From Raillietiella orientalis (lineage: Eukaryota), in NCBI GenBank assembly GCA_036172245.1, contig JAYWIR010000035.1, forward strand, positions 1,922,001 through 1,986,000: DNA of 64,000 nucleotides. The letters run 5' to 3'. The notes under the pieces were generated by a model, which was not told the DNA's origin, made no database searches, and worked only from the letters and a program-made list of their open reading frames with translations. Shown here in pieces: positions 53,071-64,000 of this stretch. Both the position numbers and the translations under genes were made by a program. Numbering within the stretch: position 1 is the first letter of the stretch; each line of letters starts with the position of its first letter.

Positions 53071-53448
53071 AAAATACCCAAGGGCAATCGTCGATGTTCT
53101 TTGCTCCTTATTTCTCGTCTGAGAGTGAAACAGGGCCGACTTTCCGTGAGTGTTTTTATAAGAAACTCCTGTTCTTAGGGAAAGATCGGATCGGTATGGA
53201 TGTTTTTGAGCAAAAGCGACTGCCTTCACTTGTGGAAACGGCAACTGGGAGCAGACCCAAGGTGTCTTGGGTAGTCTCAACCTCACTTGCATTCGGAATT
53301 TAGGTCTCCACAGGCATTACCAAGGAAGGCCTACCGCTGTCCCTGAAAGTCTGCCTTCCAGGAAATACGACGGTTGCGTGAGGCGATGCTGTGCTGCAGG
53401 ATTAGAATACAGAAGAACATTCAAGTGAACACCAAGGTGCGGTGTGTA

Positions 53449-53505
53449 TAAAAAAATGTGAATAAACTGTATTCTGACAGAACACAGTTTATTCACATTC
53501 TTTTA
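53449..53505. repeat. Near-perfect 57-bp palindrome/hairpin
   Basis: aatgtgaataaactgt (53455-53470) and its exact reverse complement acagtttattcacatt (53484-53499), with extra pairing inside (ttct/agaa) and outside (taaaa/tttta). Confidence 0.9.
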
Positions 53506-55465
53506 GGGGAAGCCACATCTCAGCCGTCCTCAGGTAGGCGGTTGCCATCACAGTAACCTTTTCTGCGAAAGAGTTCCCGGCAGATGGAAGGCCGTGACGA
53601 CGGCGCGGTGCAGTTCCGTCAGAGCGGAAGTGGTGCTTCAGTTAGCGGGTGATTCTCAGGATCAATGGACGTCTTCCTCCCGATTGGTGAGGCGGTGCTG
53701 ACATAGCACTCCCGTTCGTCGTTTTCGCCTGTGCTATTTTGTTGTGAAATGTAGTTTTCCTTCTCGGGATCACCAATGATGGGTTTGGCGGACGAGGTAG
53801 CAAAGGAATTACGTGTCGATGGATCCCATTCCGAATCCCAACGCAATTTGATCCTCGTTTTGGTGAGCTTGAACTTGCAGCATGATTTTGCAACAACCCC
53901 AAGGTTCTGGAACAGTAGGTCCGAAAGGAGACACCCGGATTGATCCGGTCCACGTGCATGGAGTCGAGGAAAATGAACGCAAGACAAAGCAGCACAAACA
54001 GCGTCCATGCTCATCCGACCCTGAGGCGTTTTTCGGACACGGGAATCATGGCTTTAGCATGCTCTAAATCTTGCAGCCATCTTGTTCAGTAGTATTTTGC
54101 AAGATTGAGGCAAAGTGGCTGCGAGTGTAGTTGAACCCAACTAGCTGACTACGGTTCATCTCGGTTTGACGCAGAGCCGGTCGTACTTGAAGGAGAGAAC
54201 GATACAAGCAGGTCAGGGTGAGAACTGTCACTTGAGCTTGCAGCCACAGAAATGCTATCTGTGATTTATTCTTGAATGCCACCTTTCTCTCATTTATTGC
54301 AGCTTTCGTCCATACGCAAAAACAGAAGGCCAACTGCGACCTCATTGTTTCATTAAACACAATAGTTTATGCTGTACACGATTTAATTTTCTTTTCGAAC
54401 CTGTCTCTGGTATCACTGGGGGCAGCTTTTGTTCCAAGAGAAGCTGACTTCATAAGATCACATCAAGATCACAGTTGGGTTGCTCATTGCTGACGGAGTT
54501 TTGGAAATCCCACATGGCGTGGCGTCTGTTTCTGTTGAAATGTAAATTGCTCCGACCTAAAGGCTCAGTGCTCTTACTGATTCTACATGCGACATGCCTG
54601 ACTGCTAGAGTGGAAACAGCCAAGGAGTTGCCCATTTTAATCTCAGGGACGATCATGGAATCTCAATATGGATTCGGAAACAGAAATGGTTCTTGCCTTA
54701 CAAGCATCAATGCTGTTCTTTTAGTGAAACGGCACAGCTGCCTTACTCGCCACTCTTTCGAAGCTTGAAGCAAACTTTTTTGCGCGACTCGACAGTAGGT
54801 CACTGACGGAATGTTCCGTGGACTGGAGGTAGGAGAAAAGAGGCACTCTGGTTGTGCGTCTTGAAGTAAAGGGACTTTACCATGATAGGCTGGAGCCACT
54901 TTCGGAGTGCTCTCGATTCCGTTACTGATGTCTACAGCATCTCACTGTATGCAAAATTGCAAACAATACTGTATAATACAACGCGGCATAGAATCTTTGC
55001 AACTTCTACAGATCCACGTTGCCTAGGATTTGATCAACGCGATTCTTGGAACGTAGACTCAACGAAGCACGGGATGGCCAGGCAGACAGAAAGAACATCT
55101 AATTGGAATTGCAACATGGCCTGTTTGGAAGAGCCGACATGGTGAGCCGATCTTCCTTGTTCCTCCGTTTAGGGGAAACGAACAAGCTCGAAATTTTCGC
55201 AACAGCTTTTTAAAGAGAAAATGGGAAATGGCTTCGTTTGGACCGTTTAGAAATCAAGGATGCAATAGTGAGTTTGTAATTACCCAAAGAACACCCTCAA
55301 TTGAGGGTACTCATATGACTTCGGCAAAGAGTTTATTTTGACTGAGCTGGCAGGAGACTTTGCTCCCTTTTCTGGAAATGAAAGCGGAAGAATCGCTCTG
55401 AATCCTCTTCCGTTCTCCGCTAGAAGAGATTTGCGGCTTGCAAATAAACAGACTTGTGCATGATC

Positions 55466-58099
55466 TCAAGCCCTGTATATCGACATCAGCTTTTTCAGCG
55501 CGGTCTCCGTTTCGTTAGTCCCTTTCAGGATTCTTGACAGTGGCTCGATGAGTATGCCAGTGTCCAGTTTTCTGGGCAAAGGGATGACTAAAGACAAACA
55601 AGGCTTGACGATCGTGTCGCTTTCAGCGCCGAGAACCACTACATCGCGTCTTTTCAGCAAAAATTGATTCAGCTTGTTCATCTGCTTGGCAACCAGATCA
55701 AACTGCTGCTGCAAGTAAGAACAGATTCTAAAAGCAAATTTTTTTTTTTTTACTTTTCCTTCCTCGAATCTTCCTATGACTTACATCATCCTTGATTCTG
55801 GATTGTCGCACTCCAATTCTAATTTTTTTCGGAAAGTCTTGAACAAAGACGAACCCATGGAATCTGCTCTGTGTTTATTGCACAATAAATACTGGATCAG
55901 CAGCTTGATGAACGCAGGAATCTTGACGGAGCTGTCGTTCCAGGTATCGAAGATGAGTTTTGCCTATGAATTCACACCTCGAAAAGCACTTCAGGGTGCA
56001 CACAAGAAGGGTCTTTATGGCAGCTGCGATGGCGCGGAAAATCTCAAGCTCAGAGTGCACGGACGCATGCAAACCAGCAACTCCAAATAGAAAAGAGGCT
56101 TGCAACATTTAAAATGAGATTCTGATGTGATTTTCCTGAGAAGCAGCGAATGTGGCCATCGATTTCCAATTCCTTCCTATCTGAAGCAACCAATTCCAAC
56201 ATCGTTACTCGAGATGACTACCCTTTACATGACAATTCGTTTATGTTACTGCAAGAGACGCATCAATGTAGTGAGCCTCTTGCACATGCGTGCAGATGTG
56301 AAAAGTACACATGAGATTAAACACGTACAAGTCCTGTTTTTGCATCATTATCGCGTCGTCCGATGGCTGAGTTCTTCGCCTTCCGTCTGCTAAGCAGAGT
56401 GTTTGCTCTCCTCAGGAAGTGCCTTGTTGCCTCAGGGAAGATGGATCACTGCAGGATCTTTGAAAGCTATCCCGATTTTCTGAGGCCTCCTTCCACTTGG
56501 AGCAATGCTCATTGCTGATAGAAATACCAGAGGAAAGATGACATCAACTCAGGACGTGATCGATGCTCTCACTTCGCTGCTCTCAGCACGAAACAAAAAA
56601 AAATTGGGAAATGCTGGGCACACCGAGGATGCATGAGAGGCATCCACCCACAGCGTGCTGGATGCAGAACTTTCACAGCCGGGTAGAGAATCGTAGACAT
56701 TCGTTCATTACCATTTTTTTCCTTTGTTTTCCTTCACCAGAGATGAGGAAGCGACCATTCTTCTACCCAATTGCGGGAGGACTTGCAGGAACTCAGGAAC
56801 AACCGGAGAGAATCATGCCCTTATTCCGTCCAAGACTTTGCTCCGCTTGCTTGGGTGAATCGTAGGCTCTCCCGGCTGCACAAAGAGAACCCGATCGCTT
56901 CTGAGAAGGAAATCTTGGGTCCTTCTGCGGACGGGTGAACCTTATTGCAGGCAGTGGGATCAGCAGCATCCAACTTACTGAACATTAGGTCAACGGTGCC
57001 CTCCTTGTTAAAGCACGAGGTAACTTTACAGAGGGAAGAGGCAGTCCCTGCTCCTGCGCGTTTTCATGGAAGAATGCAAGAGAATTGAAATTTCGTGTTT
57101 GCTGCCATAAGCGGACGTCACTTAGCAAAGGTCCGAGTCTTCCGCTCGTAAAAACTCGGCCACTCCCTTCGCGCTTCCCTCCTTTAAGGGTCTGCAGTGA
57201 AGGACATCGCAGAGGCATCCCTCTCTGTCTCCTGAGAGTCTTCGACATAGATGCAACGCTTGCTTGCATTCTTTGTTTCCGAGACGGTTTTTTCGCCTCC
57301 AGCATTCCGTACTTTTTTGTTCCGTCGACGCGGCGGGGGACTCCATCCTCAGCTCGTGAGGAAACTCCCTTTTGAGGGCGCAGAGGAAGGAAAGATTTTA
57401 AAGGAAAGGAAAGCTTCTTAAAGGCAAGTTTCAGTTTTTGAAGGGAAACTTCTCTAAGAGAAGGAAGTGAGCGTTAGACCAAAGGTGGACTGCTCTGTCG
57501 TGCTCAAGATGCCCCAGTCCTCGTGGTCGCAATGTGGGAAGCCGAGAATGCTCTTACCACGTGGTACAGGTTGTTGAAGTGCTTCTGGCTTTCCAGCTTG
57601 CGATGATGATGGTCGAGTGAAGCCTCTTTTATGGCCTTCCAGTCGTTCATCCTGCGCTTGCATCCACACTTGTCGTCATCCAGCTAAGCAGAAAGACATG
57701 GAGAAGACAGTGGGGTAGCATCCGGAACTCACAAAGTGCAGCACGTGGTCAGTGAGGGTTGCTCTCTGAACCAGGACTGATCTCTGCAAGTTCCTGTGGT
57801 TTTCCAGCACTGTTATCTGGCTTTCCAGCTTGTTGATCTGGTGCTCCAGCCGCTTGTTGTACTCCATCACCTAGAAAGAAAGAGAAGAGCGCTCTGACCA
57901 TGCCCCCGAGCGCTGATCTCCAGAGGACCCTGTTTTTCTCGATTTCCAGGTTCTGCCTTTCCACCTCGTACTGGCTCATGTAAAAGTCGCACTCCGCCTC
58001 GCAGAACGGTTCCTCCCTGGTGCGTAGGATCATCGGGTTGTAGCGGTTCCCGCACGACTTCCTTTCTCTCGTGCCAGCCTGGAGGCGTCGTTGCTCCAC
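55466..58099 (-). CDS. Probable spliced uncharacterised gene with a coiled-coil segment; start and middle exons unresolved
   Basis: In-frame GT-AG exon chains: ~58099-57964 (VEQRR..FYMSQYE), ~57870-57733 (VMEYNKRLEHQINKLESQITVLE), ~57683-57558; and ~55963-55785 joined to ~55728-55466 (stop). That the two chains belong to one gene is assumed. Confidence 0.5.
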
Positions 58100-58649
58100 C
58101 TGGAAAGGGCGAAAACACATGACGAGAAAGCATGGGATAGTGCCAGCCGAGCACCCGAACCTATCCAGATGCCTTTCTTTTCGGGAACAAATGACTCAAA
58201 TGACCACCCACCAGTCTCCTTAACAAGCCCATCTCCTCAGCGGTGAAAGCAGCAGCACAGATACCGCTGCTAATAGTCGAAGGGGAATGAAATATCGAGG
58301 AGGAAAACAAAGCTGCAATGATCCGCTCCGTGTTTTAAGACCTGTAAAGACTCCTCAAAGGTGCCGGGCACCCTTTGTTGCTTTGCAAATTGAGTGGTAA
58401 CATCTATTCTCATCTCTCTGTTATGAATTGTTATTCATATGCGCTTCAGACTTCTGAAGACTGTCCTATCACTGCTCTGCCTCATCCGCATCAGGATAAT
58501 TATTGTATTAAACCTGCGAATAACCCCACTTCCTATCATTAACAGTCCAGTGTGGATACCTGAAGTAGTCTCATTGGCAAGAAAAAATCAATATGCATGG
58601 ATTGATCCTGCCTGTATCACCATCCGTCATCATCCTCATTCCTCAACAA

Positions 58650-59260
58650 GATTCGCGATCGCCGTCTGCCCTAGATAATGATGGTTAGCTTTTCGAACAC
58701 GTCCAGAGGGTTCATGGGCTCGAATCTCTAGCCGAGCGCTCAAATCCTCGGGCTCACAAAGGCTGGCATGGTCTCCGCGATCAGAAATGCCAAGTTTCCT
58801 CAGCCTTGCTGGCTTTATGCTGAAGAAAGCATTCGAATGGATTAGTTGGAAGCATGAGTCACGGCTTTGAACAACGCACAGGTCAGCTGTGCTTTGAATC
58901 CAAATGTATCCCTTTCTTGAACCTCTTACATTCGGAGCATCCATAGCTCGCATGCGCTCTTCGCCGGCAAGCTTCTCTAGGGATTCTATTCACAAGAGGA
59001 AACTTTAGAAGCGTGTTCCACAAACATCTTCGCAGTTGATGCTTCCTGCGGATCCTTTGATGGCGATTCCAAGAACCAGACCTTTCCAAACCTTTTAGCA
59101 TTGCAGTCGAAACCTCTTGCGATGGCGAACCGAAAGAAAAAAGACAGAAGAGCAGCCAAGAACATTCTCCTGCTTTCTTTCCTGGCAGAAAAGCTGTTGA
59201 TCCGCTCGACGGGAACATACAGGCGGAAAAAAGACACAGCACGATACACACATGCACGTG
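58650..59260 (-). pseudogene. Degenerate rhabdovirus-like nucleoprotein (N) EVE
   Basis: RMFLAALLSFFFRF..AKRFG (cf. VSV N KIVAAVDMFFHMF..FRYGT), then after a frameshift FQLIHSNAFFSIKPARLRK (cf. lyssavirus N FNLIHFVGCYMGQVRSLN). Confidence 0.5.
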
Positions 59261-60436
59261 TATCTCACGTGATTCCCGAGAATCTTCGCAGAGTCTTCCA
59301 TTGATCACTTCCCTGATTGTGAAGGGCTGAGCTGCTCTGCACCTGACCGTCGATGAAAAATCACTCACTCTACGAGATTTCAGTTCCTGAAGAAGAGTTT
59401 TCGAGCAGCTCATGGCTTTCTTGCGAGTCGTTCGAACAAACATCTCAGAGACCAAAGTACCGTTCGCTCCCTTCGACTATAAAATTCGCGCTGCTGAGTG
59501 ACGTTCCCGGGGACTCGTAAATCCCTCTTATCCTCCTTCGGAGAAAGTCTTCCCATGCAGCTGTGATCTTTCAGGTTTAGCCACTGCAACATTCAGGGCA
59601 CGAAGACCCCCCAACCCAGTGGATTCGAAGACCTCAATCGACCTTCGACTCGACTGGGAAATCGGGGAGGAGAAATGCTGCCACCAATCCGTCCACGAGC
59701 CCTAAAGATTCCTGGACCTCCACCGATCGTTTCGGGGTTCCTACTCCCTCTGGAAAGCTCAATGGCTCGCTCCTTCGCCTCGAGCGTGTTGCACCGTGCG
59801 AGATGTTCTGACCTGTTGAAAGTGGAATTTTCGAAATCATCTCAGGAGGTGAAGGATACTGTCACTCTCTCATCTTCTCTTCCCCTCCGGCGGTAAAGCA
59901 GAATGGGAAACCAAGGTCACGGACATCCCATCAGAGCGTGGGTGGAGTTGGATTATCGCAGAAGATGCTGGGACCAAGCTGCACTCTGGGTTCCTGTGCC
60001 ACGATTCAAGCTTCGAAATCCCCATGACGCGGATCACTTTGGCTGCTCTTTTGAACGCGACCGTCGCAGAGCAAGGAGGCTGCCCGGTGCTGCCAAGAAC
60101 GTTGTATCTGAGGTTAATCCCAGGGAGGGAGTGCCACAAGTGCAGTTTGCGGCACTCCGTAGCGGTTCCTCCTCCCACTGCCCAACTGACACTTCTGCGA
60201 GTTAGCCAAGTCGGAAGGATGGAAACCATGGTTCATCAGTGGTCGTCGTCACGTATCGCCAGCTACTCTGCCTCCAGCTATCTCTCGAGCTTTTTCCTTT
60301 TTCCAGTCTGGTTCTTTAGCTGCTGAACTTCAGGTCATGCCAGGGTCAAACAGATCCGGAGTTCTGGATCCCAGATCCGCCTTGTCCACAGATCTGTTTC
60401 AAGCAGAGAGCCTGCATTCAGCTCGATGCTGCGGTA

Positions 60437-60641
60437 CTGGACCGAAGCTGAACCTTATATGTGAGCTCAATGCGTTGGTGTTGCTATGGACATAAAGACA
60501 AAGAACGCACGTGCCTCATCTTATTTTTTCCGAGCATGGATCTTCCGAAACCTGCATCAACTCTTAATGGAAACTTCGGGCAGCGTTTGTCTATATCTAT
60601 CTCACGCGACTTTCGGGTCAGCGGAAACCACCAGGAGTCAC
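60437..60641 (+). repeat. Direct repeat, copy 1 (~200 bp)
   Basis: 60437-60616 versus 63078-63257: 180 bp with 4 visible mismatches, continuing past an 8-nt indel. Confidence 0.9.
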
Positions 60642-63077
60642 CTCCCAGGTGTTTTGAGCTACTGCTTGTTTCCCGAAGACAAGCGCAAGATCCAGAAGAG
60701 TTAGACCCAGATCTCTCGAGGCAGGAAGTCGGTGATACAAAATGTTTTTTAAAAAAAAAACATGATCGCAGCAGTGAAAAGTCGACGGCATGATGGCAAG
60801 CTCCTATGGGAAGAAGGCCGCTTTCGCAATCCCGTTCCAGTTATCTCTCTTCGTTCCTTTCCTTCCTCGAGCTAAAAGGCTGACGACTCTTGATGCAAAC
60901 GTGATCCCTGTTCCGGTGTTCTTCCTCCATCCCCAATGTATTTCTGGGGCACACCGTGGTGGCGAGGGATTCAGTCTCTTCGGACCACCAAGATTCGTAT
61001 CCGTACTGAGTGCTTGCTTCAACATTCGCCCAGGCCGTATCCACGAACATGCTAGGCAGGCATTTTGGACACTTCTATGGTTCCTCCTTCCGGAACGGGG
61101 GTCGTGAAACTCGCACTCCGCACTCCAAACTCCTTCTTCCGACAGATTTCGTGTTTTGCAATTTGCATCTCCTCATCATTTTCAAAACGCGCGAGGAAAT
61201 CGACCTTATGGCTACGTGCAGGCTCCAGCTTCCACTGAACCTTCGAATCCTTGTTTGCTATCTGAGGATCCGATGTTTAGATTGCTTTGTCCTGCCATTC
61301 ATCTAAGGATGCAAGACCGGTGCAGCAGCACAGAGTCTCGAACCGCCACGAAAGGGGCATCCAAAGGCACGTCGGTGGAGCGATGTTTCTCCATCAAAGT
61401 TGTGAGCCTTGCTGCAGTTGCCACAGGTTCCATCCGGCAGACAAACGAGACTCTCACGAAGAAATTCGTAGATTTTCGTGATCGCCGGTTTTCTTAAGCT
61501 CGAAAATTGGCCACGAAGCAAACCGCTAGCAGGAGGGACGTGCACGGACAGAGCAACAGCCGAGAAGGTTCACCAGATAAACGGTGTGAAGAACGTGATC
61601 AGTTTAGGTTAAAAACGAGGATGGACACTTCGGTGCATCGACAAAGAGCCACTTCACAGGAAGGGGAAAGACCTGCTCCTCATCTAACAGATAAGTCATA
61701 ACTCCCTTTTTCACGTGTGAATCTGTTTCGATCGAAAATTCTTCCTAAAACGCTACTGATTCTTATTGACTGCTTTCGCAAACCTGTATGTTGCTGGTCT
61801 TCTTCCTCGAGACACCTTTCGAAGGACTATCGTTGAGCTCTCCGAAACTCTTCAACGATAAATTATAGACTTCTGAGTCCTGGGTTTCTTTTCCTCCTCC
61901 AGCTAAAGTCTTTTGGAAATGTTTGATCTTGGATCTTCTTGGTAATTTTCTCAACATGTTCTGTTGGTTGAAGCTTTATAGAATTTCTTCACGGAAACTG
62001 GCATGTGTAAAGAGAATTATCATCAGGAAGTCTTTCTTCTGCTCACACTTTCCGTTACCACGACAACGCATCCTGATTCTTACATTTCAGTCGTGCAAGT
62101 CCTTTCCTCAAATGTACCATGAATTCTTATGCCTGTCATTATTTCAATTAATTGTAATGCTGCTCATTTTTGAACGCCCCAGGTATTAGGAAGTATTGAA
62201 ATTAGTAAACGAATATTATCTGGAGAGGAAAGATCTGTTAATTCATATTATGGTATACAATACTTAATGGTTATTTTACGTATAATAAAATCAAATTTTG
62301 AAACAGGTATTATGTGAACTTTATCCTGTTATATATATATATATATATATATAACAGGATAGAGTTTTCAAAATTTTATTCGATTTCTGGAAAAAGGAGC
62401 ATATGGATGGACGTTCTTGTGATCAGCTGTTCTCCCTCCTACGATTTAATTCAAGCAAGCGCTTTCGAAGACGAGAACTCGCGTTTCTTCTCACGTCTCG
62501 TGACTATATCTTCCTCCTTTAGAAACGCGGATCATGATGAATCATTCTTCTGCCAACTGTTACTCTCCTTGAAAAAGCATTTCGGTTACTTACTGAGAGA
62601 ATCCTTGCCAACTTGCCAAATTTATGTTATTGGGAGCTGAAATTGACGCGATGTGATGTTGGAAATCAGCATAAGCATTAAGGATGTCAGTTTGTTGAAA
62701 GCACACAGCGACTCCACCGACTGTGACAACGAAGAAATTAATACATGTTCCAAAAGAACTGCTGTGCTTTTGGAGCACGCGAATATCATTTTCACGACCA
62801 GTTTCCGAGACAAATCGAGAAGAGGACACGTGCGTCTATGAAGTCGATGGGAGTCATGTAGAATTTGCATGTAGAATTTTCTCATCTACAAGAATGCACT
62901 CATTTTCTTCCTGATCTCCTAGAGCACTTCAGTTCAATGCTTAGAGACAAAAACAAGGTTGATCTTTCGCTTCTTCGGAAACTGGGAAGGGCCCCTCTTC
63001 GGAGCACATGTTGGTGGAAAATCTTCCACCAAACAAATCATTGTGTGTTGTCAGGCAAGCATTGCAAGTCGGAGTTG

Positions 63078-63274
63078 CTGGACCGAAGCTGAACCTTATA
63101 TGTGAGCTCAATGCGTTGGTGTTGCTATGGACATAAAGACAAAGAACGCACGTGCCTCATCTTATTTTTTCCGAGCATGGATCTTCCGAAACCTGCATCA
63201 ACTCTTAATGGAAACTTCGGTCAGCGTTTGTCTCTATCTACCCCACGCGACTTTCGGAAACCTCCGGGAGTCAC
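63078..63274 (+). repeat. Direct repeat, copy 2 (~200 bp)
   Basis: Matches 60437-60641. Confidence 0.9.
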
Positions 63275-64000
63275 ATTTGCAACTTTGGAAGTGTTTTAAA
63301 TGATCTCATTCTTTTTCGGTCTGTAGAAATCGAAGAGTTCCAGTCCGAACCGGAGCCTTTCAAAAGTAGGCTTTTGTTCTCCTCTGTCCCATCTTCCAAT
63401 AGTCCCGATCCCAGACAGCTATGAATCATGAATCGCTCATGCATGAATGCCAACGGCTGAAACATAGCATGGATGCCTGATTTTTCGCTAGGGTGCACAA
63501 GGAAGCGTCCTGGAAGCAAACGGAAAATTTTCTCAAAATCTCTTCCTCGTGGGCAAATGTCGACAGTGGTCTAAAATAATCTCACCATTGAACTGGCAAT
63601 AAAATTTCAGAATCTCATCTGTATTTCAAGTAAAATTCCTGCACTCTAAGAACCTAAATCTAAACGAATCGTTCACTAGCATCCGTAAATGCGAGTTAGT
63701 TCCGGCAGCTGCACTGTCAGAGAAGCTGCATCTCAGTGAATGAATCTGCATCTGAAGATTCCGTGCGTAGCGAAGAAGGCTTTGATGGATTCAATCGTTC
63801 CAGTCTTTTGGAGGGTACATTTGGAGAGTGATTTTGTTTTTTGGTTTTTGGGGGAGGTCTGCTCCCAGAGCCTCCGCAACTCCTAAGTAAATGTCTCCGG
63901 GTTCTCTCTGCAGATTTCTGAAACCAGTACGCATGATAGGTTTCAACAGAACACACAAATCAACTGTGCAACCAAGCTCATCACTCATGTCAGCTGCTGA

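Noticed and set aside
60437..63274. LTR retrotransposon
   Set aside because: No TG..CA termini, PBS, PPT or gag/pol motifs between the repeats.
1..64000. CRISPR array or prokaryotic operon
   Set aside because: No regularly spaced repeats were seen, and the genes are spliced and eukaryotic.

Overview
This is eukaryotic genomic DNA, probably a non-insect invertebrate given the bifunctional PAM and the ~37-55 nt introns. Host genes: an F-box/LRR gene (-), a membrane-anchored bifunctional PAM (+) lying tail-to-tail with a separate monofunctional PAL (-), a RAP1/TERF2IP-like tandem-Myb gene (+), a probable spliced coiled-coil gene (-), tRNA-iMet and tRNA-Gly(TCC). Mobile DNA: four fragments of L1/Tx1-like non-LTR retrotransposons that share a 3' AATAAA plus stem-loop end, and a U2 snRNA relic interrupted by a 67-nt insert at the site targeted by U2-specific retrotransposons. 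Much of the remaining intergenic DNA, and one large intron, reads in six frames as heavily decayed fragments of negative-strand RNA virus genes: Mononegavirales-like L, rhabdovirus-like N and G, and orthomyxovirus-like PB1. These lie in both orientations and suggest a multi-family archive of endogenous viral elements (EVEs). All viral calls come from motifs recognised by eye across stops and frameshifts and need profile-HMM confirmation.
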